NCBI GenBank assembly: GCA_035289325.1 | Contig: DATDXM010000042.1 | Coordinates: forward strand, 1-43,890 | Length of the DNA: 43,890 nucleotides | Direction: 5' to 3' | Source of the DNA: Candidatus Nanoarchaeia archaeon | GTDB lineage: Archaea > Nanobdellota > Nanobdellia > Woesearchaeales > JAGLXL01 | In this document: positions 6,120-14,529 of the stretch, piece after piece | Layout of the letters: the number at the start of each line of letters is the position of its first letter | How positions within the stretch are numbered: the first letter of the stretch is position 1 | The notes under the pieces: model-generated | Told to the model about the DNA's origin: nothing | Seen by the model: only the letters and a program-made list of their open reading frames with translations | Databases searched by the model: none | Program-made: the position numbers and the translations under genes

Positions 6120-8753
6120 ATGAAAGTGGGTAAAGCAATAAAAAAGATTGTTGCGCTTGGAATTGGTGCAACCATGATGGGAGCAACTATCCTCGGAGCA
6201 ACAGCAGCTGATTTCAGCGATTATCCGAATTTCTTTTTGGACGGAGGACAGTATGATGGTGTTATCGTTGTCCGCGGCGATGCAGACTCGTTAGCAGCTG
6301 TCGATATTACGAATAATATGTTCTACGCCGGCACAGGCGCGAGCACAACGACTACGACATCCGTGCAAGGAGATGCGTGGGAAGTAAAAACAAGCTCGAA
6401 GAAGCTGGAATTGGCGAATAGCAACGTGACTCAAGCGTCCATATCAGGTGAAATGCCGCGAGATGTTAATACATTTATCGGATCGGACGAATTAAATGGT
6501 TTGAGTGACCAGACATGGAAAACAAATGAGAAGGATTTTACGTTCCAGCAATATTTGTTTTTCGACAATCTTGATGAAGCGAGCAGCATCGTGAAATATT
6601 CTGAGAACGATGATTCTGAGACAGACGTGTTCTTTTTCGTAAAGAGTGCGCGACAGATTGCTCGTTACAAAGCAGAATTTACATCAACTGCGGAGTCTGA
6701 TATTACTGATTCAGTGGGTTCTGCGGATACAACTGGAACATTCCTCGATGACTTTGAAGATACTGAGTTGCCGATGTGGGGAAAGCCATATAATGTTGTT
6801 CAAGCGAGAAGAAATAGTAACACTGGAGAAGGTGGAGCTAATATTAAGCTTGTCCTTATGTCAGGAACTGCAAAAGACACCCTCCTTGAAGGAGAATCAG
6901 GCACCTATACTGTAGAAGGCGAGGAGTATACTGTTGAGCTGAACTTTGTCGATGCAGATGAGGCAAAGTTCCTGGTAAATGGGGAACAGACAAACAAGCT
7001 CAAAGATGGTGATACCTACGTTTTGAAGGGAGGAAAAGAAGTCGGAGTGAGTGAAATCCTCTATCAGGACTATGCGGGAGGCGTCCATTCGGCAACATTT
7101 TACTTGGGTGCTGAAAAAATTGAGATGCGTGATGATGATGTAGATTTGGGACCACATTCGCATGAGTTAGTGGTAGGATCGGAAACTATTGACGGGGCAG
7201 CGGTTGTTATCTCGGGAAGTGGTGGCGATAACACAACATTTAAGATAACGACAATCGAGGTAAATATGACCGCGGAAGATGATTACTTCGTGGGAGCTGG
7301 TGAGAAGCTCAGCGATATTATTGCGGCAGCCGGTGATGAGAATCAAATGCTGTTCAATGGTGCATTTGATGTGGAATATAAAGGTCTTACTCAACCGAAA
7401 ACACATGACATTAAGCTGAGTAGCACGTCGGCTCGCAGGTACAAGTTGAAACTGTATGATGGAGATGGAAATCCAGTTGATATACCTGTTGCATATGCTG
7501 AAAGTGCAACAAACTTGAGCTTCGCTGAAGACGGGTCCAACAGTAAGAAACTATATGCGTGGGGTGAAGATTCGACGCCTCATGATACAGTAGGAGGCAG
7601 CGGAAGTAAGTATATCCAAAAAGATGATTACTTTGTCGTAACTGGTGGCACTGCGGGTGATGGCTCGGCGAAGTCGTACCTATTGCAATACAGAGGTTCA
7701 GATGCCCGAACGAAGACAAGCCCAAAGATACAGTTTAAGAACATGGGTAGTGGAGAGACACTTGAGTATGCGGTGACAACGGTGCCATCAGGTGCACTTG
7801 ATAACACAGCGGTTGCTACACTTAAGCTAGGTGGGTACTCATTTGCTGTCTTTAACAGGACAGCCCAGAATGCTGATGACTTTAGACTGATGGTGGACTT
7901 GGATGGTGGTGGAGCTATAAATCCGGGAATATCTGCAAATGGTAATACCACAATCTTTGTTGATAGCTATGGTTCGCAGTGGAGCATTGGATCCAACAGT
8001 ACCCCTTGTGATGTTTGTATTGGGGATCACTCAGTCATCGCGAATGGAACACCATTTATCATTATAAATCAGACAACACCGAATGGCGATGATTATGACA
8101 ATAAGCGACCTGCTGGTATTAATCTGGTGATAACGCCGACAACAGGACCAGAAGTGAGGGCAGCATTAGGTGGCGGTGCAGATGCACAACCAGCTTTATC
8201 TTTGCTTACGCCCGATGGTGAAACTGAAGTAGCATATGGCTGGACATCAATGGGAGTCTTTGTAAAGCAAAGTTCGCCTAGCAGTGATCCGCAGGAGTAC
8301 ATATTAACGTACCCTGAAGAGCAGCGTTTGCCTCAAGTGTTCGTCACCGCAGGTGCAGTGACATCAAAGACAGTCGCGACTGGAAGCGGATTGGATCGTG
8401 TGACGATACCGTTGACGGCAACGAAGCTGCCTGAAGAAGTGACGAATGTCAAGTCACAGCATATCATCACTATTGGTGGTCCATGTGCGAACAGCGTTAC
8501 TGCGGCAGTCATGTACACGGAGCAGGGCAAGACAGTCCCAGCGAACTGTGCAGAAGACTTCAGCGAAGGAGCAGCATTGGTTGCACTGTATGATGTCGGC
8601 GATAAAGTTGCAATGGTTGTTGCAGGTTTCAGCGGCGATGACACCAGACGAGCTGGTAAAGTGTTAGCATCACGCGCAGCAGAACTCAGTGGAACGCAAG
8701 TTACCATTGAAGGAACGACAGCAAGCAATGCGGAAATCGTCAAAGTGAAGTAA
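6120..8753 (+). CDS. S-layer / cell-surface protein
   Basis: 877 aa with signal/TM KKIVALGIGATMMGATILGATAA and an N-terminal DFSDYPNFFLDGGQYDGVIVVRGD module. The body is Thr/Ser/Gly-rich and low in Cys. The C-terminal HIITIGGPCANSVTAAV..MVVAGFSGDDTRRAGKVLA module is typical of archaeal S-layer proteins. An SD-like GGAGGTG lies 9 nt upstream. Confidence 0.7.
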   Translation: MKVGKAIKKIVALGIGATMMGATILGATAADFSDYPNFFLDGGQYDGVIVVRGDADSLAAVDITNNMFYAGTGASTTTTTSVQGDAWEVKTSSKKLELANSNVTQASISGEMPRDVNTFIGSDELNGLSDQTWKTNEKDFTFQQYLFFDNLDEASSIVKYSENDDSETDVFFFVKSARQIARYKAEFTSTAESDITDSVGSADTTGTFLDDFEDTELPMWGKPYNVVQARRNSNTGEGGANIKLVLMSGTAKDTLLEGESGTYTVEGEEYTVELNFVDADEAKFLVNGEQTNKLKDGDTYVLKGGKEVGVSEILYQDYAGGVHSATFYLGAEKIEMRDDDVDLGPHSHELVVGSETIDGAAVVISGSGGDNTTFKITTIEVNMTAEDDYFVGAGEKLSDIIAAAGDENQMLFNGAFDVEYKGLTQPKTHDIKLSSTSARRYKLKLYDGDGNPVDIPVAYAESATNLSFAEDGSNSKKLYAWGEDSTPHDTVGGSGSKYIQKDDYFVVTGGTAGDGSAKSYLLQYRGSDARTKTSPKIQFKNMGSGETLEYAVTTVPSGALDNTAVATLKLGGYSFAVFNRTAQNADDFRLMVDLDGGGAINPGISANGNTTIFVDSYGSQWSIGSNSTPCDVCIGDHSVIANGTPFIIINQTTPNGDDYDNKRPAGINLVITPTTGPEVRAALGGGADAQPALSLLTPDGETEVAYGWTSMGVFVKQSSPSSDPQEYILTYPEEQRLPQVFVTAGAVTSKTVATGSGLDRVTIPLTATKLPEEVTNVKSQHIITIGGPCANSVTAAVMYTEQGKTVPANCAEDFSEGAALVALYDVGDKVAMVVAGFSGDDTRRAGKVLASRAAELSGTQVTIEGTTASNAEIVKVK

Positions 8754-8754
8754 A

Positions 8755-8790
8755 GGGTTTTTTCCCTTCTTTTTTTTATTTATTATTGTG
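8755..8790 (+). terminator. oligo-T terminator after the S-layer gene
   Basis: GGGTTTTTTCCCTTCTTTTTTTTATTTATT follows the stop codon directly. Oligo-T tracts serve as archaeal terminators. Confidence 0.5.
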
Positions 8791-8876
8791 TTTCTCGATT
8801 TTTTCTAGGTGTCTATACTGTTAGTAGCCGTTAGGAACGATAGGTTTAAATATCATTTGATAATAATTGGTATCAG

Positions 8877-9410
8877 ATGAGAGCTAAAAGTATCAAGCAG
8901 ACTATCAAAGAATACTTTTTTATTAATCCTACTGCTAAACTGCGAGTAAGAGAAATAGAAAGAACAGTTAAGCTTCCTCTCCCATCTGTCATAAGGTATT
9001 GCAGGGAACTTGAAAAAGAAAATATTTTAATGACAATTGTGGTAGGTAATGTTACTTTTTATACAGCAGATAGAGGCAGCAGGAAATTTATCTTAGAAAA
9101 GAAGCTTTACAATATAAAAGAAATATATGAATCAGGGCTTGTAGAGTATCTTCGGCAGGAATTAAGCAACCCCACAATAGTTCTCTTTGGCTCTTTTGCA
9201 AAAGGAGAAGACACGGAAGAAAGTGATGTTGATTTATATATAGAAACCCCTTCGAAGAAGAAAGTGGCGCTTGAAAGATTTGAAAAAGTGTTCCAAAGAA
9301 GTATACAGGCACTTCAACATAAGGACATATTTGTGATATCGAACTTACACTTAGCAAATAACATCATCAATGGGGTAATACTGAACGGTTATATCGAGGT
9401 TTTCAAGTGA
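8877..9410 (+). CDS. nucleotidyltransferase (MNT-type) with N-terminal wHTH
   Basis: IVLFGSFAKGEDTEESDVDLYIE is the NTase motif. It overlaps the downstream HEPN gene by 4 nt. Confidence 0.75.
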   Translation: MRAKSIKQTIKEYFFINPTAKLRVREIERTVKLPLPSVIRYCRELEKENILMTIVVGNVTFYTADRGSRKFILEKKLYNIKEIYESGLVEYLRQELSNPTIVLFGSFAKGEDTEESDVDLYIETPSKKKVALERFEKVFQRSIQALQHKDIFVISNLHLANNIINGVILNGYIEVFK

Positions 9411-9817
9411 AAGAAGCAAGCTGGGAAGATTGTTTGAGACATGAATCGACTAAAGCGGGCACACCAGACATAAAACGGGCGGAATCCTTAAAAGAGACTG
9501 CTCATGAAAGGATAAGCTTAATCAAAGAAGTAACTGAAGCAAACTGTAATTTTGTATTTGAAGATTACTATACATCATTGATTGAATTGTTGCAAGCTGT
9601 AGCTTTTAAACAAGGATATAACATTTTAAATCATATTTGTTTGGGCTATTATTTACGGGATGTGATGAAAAGAGAGGGGCTTTACATATTATTTGATGAT
9701 TTAAGATATAAAAGAAATTCTCTTACTTATTACGGAAACAGAATGGATTATGAAACAGCAAAGCAGGCAATAGAAAAATGTCAAAGAATAATAAAAGAGC
9801 TAGCTAACACATTATGA
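9407..9817 (+). CDS. HEPN-domain protein (partner of the 8877 NTase)
   Basis: 136-aa all-helical ORF translationally coupled to the NTase. It contains an LRYKRNSLTYYG region. The pairing is typical of MNT-HEPN modules. Confidence 0.65.
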   Translation: MKEASWEDCLRHESTKAGTPDIKRAESLKETAHERISLIKEVTEANCNFVFEDYYTSLIELLQAVAFKQGYNILNHICLGYYLRDVMKREGLYILFDDLRYKRNSLTYYGNRMDYETAKQAIEKCQRIIKELANTL

Positions 9818-11235
9818 AAAATATTGTCATTAAAGAACACTCCATCAAAGAGTTCTTACTTTTCGTGCTGCTCTTCTGCATACTACTCGCGCTGGGCATC
9901 TATTCACAATGGCCAACGACAATTACACCAGACGCTGCGATGCACGCGGAAATTGTTGAACTGATTCGAGCGCAGGGAGTTGTAACAACTTGGCAGCCCT
10001 ATGCTGTGAATCAATACACGTATCCGCCGCTGTTTCATTACATTGCGTTTTTATTGCCACTTGAGCCGATTGATGCTGTACGCGCACTGGGCCTTGTGCT
10101 GTGGCTGCTGCTGCCTGTTGCGATGTATCTGTTGCTGAGCACGTTTGACCGACGGGCTGCGGTGATTGGAGCGATCCTGATAGGGCTTGTGCCGTCATTT
10201 TCTAATGTATTTATCTACAGCGAATTTCCACAGTTGATGAGCATGGTGCTGCTCCTCTTGGAATGGTATTTTCTGCGCAAAGAGAAGCATGCGGCGGCGG
10301 CTGTGGCTGTGGGCGTTATTGGATTGACCCATGTATTCTTTGTGCTTGTTGCAGCTGCACTCTTTTTGGCTCATGTGTGGCTTGGTGGGAAAGTGAGAGC
10401 ATTGCGATATCTTGGGCTTTCGGCTGTTGTTATGATTCCATGGCTGTATGCATACGGACAAATTGTAATGAACGTGCTTGCTGGAACATGGGAAAATACG
10501 CGCTATAATTTGACGCAGCCTGTATTTGGATTTTGGAGCAGTAACGCACTCTATGACTGGTTTGTGAGTGCACATGGATTAACACTTGTGCTGATGGTCC
10601 TTGCCAGTTATGGCTTGCTTACTGTGAAAGATCGTGTGCTGCGCGGATTGTTTGTTGTGTGTGTTGTGCTGAGTGTATATCACATACCATTTACGCAATT
10701 GAAGATGTTCGATTTGCTTGCAGTGCCCGCGGTGATGCTTGCAGCAATCGGGTTGAGTGCAATTTCGCTAAAAAGTTTTTGGAAAAAATCAGTTGTTGTA
10801 ATTGTGGTCATTTTTATGCTTATGTTGCAGGTGAATCATTTTTGGGTTGCAAAAAACTGGTGGTTGAATCCAGAGATTGCGCCGACAGAGGAGTTTACGG
10901 ATGCTGCGCGGTGGCTGCGGAGTTATGACGATACATTTACTCGTGTGTTTTTTTATCAAGCGTCAGCATGGGGTGGGGTGTTATCGGGCAAATTGCCGTT
11001 AGATCCTGATATCACGCATTTAGAAGCTTTCTCGGATGATTATAAAGAACAGGTTGAAGGGCAGCGGAAGATAAAAGAGGCGCTGGTGGATGGTGAGGGG
11101 ATTGATGCTGATATTGTTGAACGATATGATATAAAGTATTTTGTGCTCCCTGTGGAGTTTGCTGGAGAATTGAAAAGTGATTTGCTCTATAGCAACGACG
11201 TGTGGGGGGTGTATAGAATTTATAAGAAAGAGTGA
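9814..11235 (+). CDS. polytopic membrane protein, GT-C-type glycosyltransferase-like (ArnT/PMT-like)
   Basis: 473 aa with more than 10 predicted TM helices, an acidic first loop (TPDAAMHAEIVE) and a soluble C-terminal domain. The family assignment is tentative. Confidence 0.45.
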   Translation: MKNIVIKEHSIKEFLLFVLLFCILLALGIYSQWPTTITPDAAMHAEIVELIRAQGVVTTWQPYAVNQYTYPPLFHYIAFLLPLEPIDAVRALGLVLWLLLPVAMYLLLSTFDRRAAVIGAILIGLVPSFSNVFIYSEFPQLMSMVLLLLEWYFLRKEKHAAAAVAVGVIGLTHVFFVLVAAALFLAHVWLGGKVRALRYLGLSAVVMIPWLYAYGQIVMNVLAGTWENTRYNLTQPVFGFWSSNALYDWFVSAHGLTLVLMVLASYGLLTVKDRVLRGLFVVCVVLSVYHIPFTQLKMFDLLAVPAVMLAAIGLSAISLKSFWKKSVVVIVVIFMLMLQVNHFWVAKNWWLNPEIAPTEEFTDAARWLRSYDDTFTRVFFYQASAWGGVLSGKLPLDPDITHLEAFSDDYKEQVEGQRKIKEALVDGEGIDADIVERYDIKYFVLPVEFAGELKSDLLYSNDVWGVYRIYKKE

Positions 11236-11248
11236 TATTCGTTCAGTC

Positions 11249-11787
11249 ATGACTGAGAAAATAGGTATTTCTGCTATTGATGTGAAGGTAATAGGGGAAG
11301 CTTATAGAGGTTTGCTCTCAATGTTTAGGTCTTATGAACACTTGTTGATTTTCTCGTTGAAGATGCTTTAGACAACCAAAATAAAAAGATTTCAACAACC
11401 TACTTATGGTTTTACAAACCGACAAATGATTTAGTTGGTTATGTGACTGTATTGGCTGATGCAATTAATCTGCAGGTAGAATTAAAAGAATATTTCCGCC
11501 AGACGGGGATTCTCTATAAGTCTTTACCTGCTATCAAGATTGGACGATTGTGTGTCGCTGACAATTATCTTAGAAAGGGAATAGGCACATTAATGATAGA
11601 ATTTGTGATGATTCTTGCTGAGAAAATAGGGAAAGATATTGGTTTGCGGTTTATTACAACAGATGCAAAGAGAAATATGGATTCAGGGAGAGATTCTCTT
11701 CATTTTTACAAAAAGTTTGGTTTTGAGGTTTTAAAGCAGAGAGACAAAGGAACGCTACCCATGTATAAGGACCTAATTAAGAAATGA
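11249..11787 (+). pseudogene. GNAT acetyltransferase (toxin-like) with apparent frameshift near 11335
   Basis: The C-terminal part (track ORF 11443..11787) has the GNAT motif-A-like RLCVADNYLRKGIGTLMIEF. The same frame stays open upstream to 11338 (TLVDFLVEDALDNQNKKISTTYLWFYKPTNDLVGYV) without a start. The ATG at 11249 is in another frame (MTEKIGISAIDVKVIGEAYRGLLSMFRSYEH). Confidence 0.5.
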
Positions 11788-11937
11788 TTCGAAGTGTTTT
11801 CTATTCTTATTAATATCAGCGTAGAGCAGTCTGTCTATTGCAGATAGTGGAGATGCCTCTCTTTTAAGCATTTTCTGAACAAAAAGTTCTGCTTCTTCTC
11901 CACGCAATGTTGGGGTTGCTCTGATTGGTTTTGCCAT
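11773..11937 (-). CDS. 54-aa protein, convergent with and overlapping the GNAT 3' end
   Basis: Manual translation gives MAKPIRATPTLRGEEAELFVQKMLKREASPLSAIDRLLYADINKNRKHFESFLN. A TATA (TTTTATATATTTA on the minus strand) lies about 30 nt upstream. Confidence 0.45.
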   Translation of the reverse strand: MAKPIRATPTLRGEEAELFVQKMLKREASPLSAIDRLLYADINKNRKHFESFLN

Positions 11938-11984
11938 TGTAAGCTTAATCTGACCCTAAATATATAAAACTTTGGTCAGGGGAA

Positions 11985-12062
11985 CGGAGCTGCTCTATAG
12001 CAATGGTGTGTGGGGGGGGTATGGTTAAACAATCTTCCCAAAGAACAGATTATATTTGCTGA
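11985..12062. repeat. relict copy of the junction between the 3' ends of 9814..11235 and 12996..14207
   Basis: 11985-12027 (..ELLYSNGVWGGYG*) resembles 11177-11220 (..DLLYSNDVWGVYR..). On the minus strand, 12024-12062 (LSKYNLFFGKIV*) resembles 12996-13034 (RSKHNVFFGKIV*). Confidence 0.6.
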
Positions 12063-12282
12063 GTCAGTTCAATTCCAATGGGCAGTGTTATTTTTATATC
12101 CTCAAGCTTACGTGTTCGTGCCTTGAACCCCATAATAGCAAAGCCTTTGACTTCCCCTGTTCGTCTGTCCGTTCAAAAACACCTTGACCAAGATTTTTAA
12201 ACGAACCTTCGGTGAATTTACCTATATGAAACTCTAAAAAATCTCCCTCTTCATCATAGTATACAGTCAGATTTCCTTTCAT
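12050..12282 (-). pseudogene. DUF2283-family protein with frameshift at a G-run (about 12146)
   Basis: The N-terminus MKGNLTVYYDEEGDFLEFHIG is the DUF2283 signature. After ..ERTDEQG the shifted frame reads EVKGFAIMGFKARTRKLEDIKITLPIGIELTQQI*, the expected family C-terminus. The in-frame tail (track ORF end 12094) does not fit the family. Confidence 0.6.
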
Positions 12283-12354
12283 TGTATTTTATCTGTATAG
12301 AAGCTTGTAATTATAAATCCATTGTCATCGTAGTCAGCGAAAATAAGAGAAAAC

Positions 12355-12362
12355 TATTTATA
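12355..12362 (+). promoter_or_regulatory. TATA box for 12385..12519
   Basis: TATTTATA lies 22 nt upstream of the ATG. Confidence 0.45.
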
Positions 12363-12384
12363 CATATTCAGCACAGATAGATTC

Positions 12385-12519
12385 ATGGAAACAATTACTA
12401 TTTCAAAAGAAGAATATGTTCATCTGAAGCGGATGGAATCTATAGTACAGGATGAATTGCTCGTGAGCGTTAAGCGAGGGCTAGAAGACGCAGCTCAAGG
12501 GCGGTTACGAGAGCGTTAA
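12385..12519 (+). CDS. 44-aa antitoxin-like protein, paralog of 331..471
   Basis: Manual translation gives METITISKEEYVHLKRMESIVQDELLVSVKRGLEDAAQGRLRER. It is convergent with the RelE-like ORF and overlaps it by 15 nt. Confidence 0.5.
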   Translation: METITISKEEYVHLKRMESIVQDELLVSVKRGLEDAAQGRLRER

Positions 12520-12780
12520 CTTTTTTCTGATGAGGTCGTTGTAATAATCTAATTCTCGTTTGATTTTTTTGATAGTGTCCTGCTGTGTTTTCTTGTCACT
12601 GATAGTTATGAGCAGGATTGCGTCGAGGTCTTCATACACTAAAAAGTAAATACGATAGAGGTCGATTTTCTTCTCTCTGAAAAACGGATAGCCTAAAGGT
12701 TTACCAGCATTTATGTTATGCTTTAATTGCTCAATAATTTTTGTAATTCGATTTTGATATGTCAGAATACCACCAGTATT
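12505..12780 (-). pseudogene. RelE/ParE-like gene lacking its 5' end (abuts element E2)
   Basis: Manual translation gives ..YQNRITKIIEQLKHNINAGKPLGYPFFREKKIDLYRIYFLVYEDLDAILLITISDKKTQQDTIKKIKRELDYYNDLIRKKLTLS*. It aligns with 74..334. There is no start codon, and the frame runs into E2. Confidence 0.5.
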
Positions 12781-12955
12781 TTACTGGTGATATCGGGTGG
12801 TATTCTGAGCATGCTCAAGAACCATCGGCGTCCATGCCATCGGTGTATAGCGACCGAAGGGAGCGGTCACCGATGGTTCTTGACAATCTTTAGGGAGAAG
12901 CTGCATGCGTCAAATTCTTGCGTTGATAGAACGCGAACCATATTGTGGTGGAGAG
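12759..12955. repeat. GC-rich hairpin element E2
   Basis: It opens with ATGTCAGAATACCACC..GGTGGTATTCTGAGCA, the same layout as the M1/M2 opening ATGTCAGAAAC..GTTTCTGAGCA. It also has an 11-bp stem AGAACCATCGG/CCGATGGTTCT and further hairpins. The right boundary is uncertain. Confidence 0.45.
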
Positions 12956-12995
12956 AATAGTAATTTATAATTTGATTGTTACAATCAATGCGTAA

Positions 12996-14207
12996 CTACA
13001 CAATCTTCCCAAAAAACACATTATGCTTGCTTCTTAGTATCTTGACTTTTATTTCGTCGCCGACTTGCGCATCTGAATTGAACACGGTAATTGATCGATC
13101 TTTTGCAACTGCCAGCCGTGTTTTGGGATATCTGCCTGCTGCAACAACCTTTGCGTAGACACTCTGACCTTTCTTGAATGGTTTGGGTAATTGTTTTGTT
13201 TGCTCAACATGGAAATCTTTTTTGAAATCGAGGATGAGGCGCATGCCGGTCTTTTTTTCCAAATCACGCAACTTTGACATAAACGGTTCCCAGGGCATCA
13301 TCTTTGTAGGATTTCTGCCTGTCGTATAATTAAGAAAATTTTGGATGCCGACCATCGGGTAATCCTTTTGTGGCAATGTTTTAGCAAACTCTACGACTTT
13401 GAGCAGCTCGTCATCGTTATAACCGGGAACGAAGAGAGGGGCGATTAGAATGTCCATCTTGTCAGCGGCGTACCGTGCCATTTCCATCACATGACTCGTA
13501 TTGTATATTGCACCTGCCATCTTTGAAGCGATTTCTTTGTCAACTGCGTTGAGCGAGATGTTCAGGCGAAGCTTTGGTATCTTCGACAGCTTGTCAATCA
13601 ACGGCTTGTTGAGCAATGTGCCGTTTGTGTCTGTGGTGATGCGATAGACATACGGAAGCGTGGAAAGTTCCTGCGCAAGCTCTGCAAATTCTGCATAGAC
13701 CAAAGGCTCGCCCTGCACGCCGATGTGCGCTTCGACGGGAATATTAACGAATGCTGCGACGCGCTTGAATTCTTCAATAAGGTAATCACGCTCGACGAGG
13801 TAGTCGGTTTGGTTTGAGGAGAGGCCTTCGTTCACAGAACAATAGACGCAATCAAGGTTGCATGATGTCTGCGGCTTGATCTCGATAATTGATGTGCCGC
13901 GATGGATGATGCCAAACGAGAGGTTGCCTATGAGGGGTATGCCACTGTTCTTGTGGACATAGACTGCTGGATTGTGGGTGACGATTGTCTTTAATTGCGG
14001 AAGCTTTTGTGTTAGGAGATTAAGAAATTTTTGTTCTGCACGCTGATGCGAGCAGTCAAATGTCAGTGCGTTGCGCTCGACTATACATGGTGCAATCGAT
14101 TCCAACTCTGCTTTCTGAATATGCGTGTAAAAACGCTTTGATAGGTTAACTCGTACCGTATCCTCTTCTTCCCAGAAGTCAAGCATCTGGTAGGTGAGCG
14201 TGGACAT
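12996..14207 (-). CDS. radical SAM protein
   Basis: CNLDCVYCSV is the CxxxCxxC cluster motif. There is a 403-aa TIM-barrel-like core plus a C-terminal small beta domain. Confidence 0.8.
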   Translation of the reverse strand: MSTLTYQMLDFWEEEDTVRVNLSKRFYTHIQKAELESIAPCIVERNALTFDCSHQRAEQKFLNLLTQKLPQLKTIVTHNPAVYVHKNSGIPLIGNLSFGIIHRGTSIIEIKPQTSCNLDCVYCSVNEGLSSNQTDYLVERDYLIEEFKRVAAFVNIPVEAHIGVQGEPLVYAEFAELAQELSTLPYVYRITTDTNGTLLNKPLIDKLSKIPKLRLNISLNAVDKEIASKMAGAIYNTSHVMEMARYAADKMDILIAPLFVPGYNDDELLKVVEFAKTLPQKDYPMVGIQNFLNYTTGRNPTKMMPWEPFMSKLRDLEKKTGMRLILDFKKDFHVEQTKQLPKPFKKGQSVYAKVVAAGRYPKTRLAVAKDRSITVFNSDAQVGDEIKVKILRSKHNVFFGKIV

Positions 14208-14295
14208 GAGCTCTTTTTAGGCGGGAGGGTATATAAATCTGATTGGTTCGGGCCTCTTCGAAACATTTTTATATTATACTTAGTATAACAGAATT

Positions 14296-14529
14296 ATGGT
14301 CGAATGTGAAGTTGTTGCACGGAAATGGGGGCATTCTTTAGGCGTTGAACTACCGAAAAATGTTGTTGAGGAAGAAGGAATCAAAGAGAATGAGAAAATA
14401 AGAATTTCTATTAAAAGAGAAGATGATGCTGAAGATAGGACTGCGCGAAAATTGTTTGGAATGGTTAAGTTTAAAAAACCTACGCAACAATGGAAAGATG
14501 AAATAAGAAAAGAACTATACAATGATTGA
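14296..14529 (+). CDS. vapB: AbrB/SpoVT-fold antitoxin (VapB-like)
   Basis: RKWGHSLGVELPKNVVEEEGIKENEKIRISIK is a swapped-hairpin AbrB/MazE-type motif. It overlaps the PIN gene by 8 nt. Confidence 0.7.
   Translation: MVECEVVARKWGHSLGVELPKNVVEEEGIKENEKIRISIKREDDAEDRTARKLFGMVKFKKPTQQWKDEIRKELYND

Noticed and set aside
6646-8743. Numerous 60-136 aa ORFs on both strands inside the S-layer gene, and similar shadow ORFs inside 9814..11235, 18805..19590, 29440..31237, 33491..34341 and 38091..39375
   Set aside because: All are nested in or antisense to longer ORFs with recognisable domains. None has its own promoter signal or a recognisable motif.
12841-12880. GACC-GAAGGGAGC-GGTC in E2, resembling the SRP RNA helix-8 GGAAGGAAGCAGC motif
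   Set aside because: It is only a short hairpin. The flanking symmetric and asymmetric loops and the rest of an SRP RNA (helices 5 and 6, Alu domain) are absent.
12727-13158. ORFs 12727..12960(+) and 12976..13158(+)
   Set aside because: The first is a translation of element E2. The second is antisense to the 3' end of the radical SAM gene.
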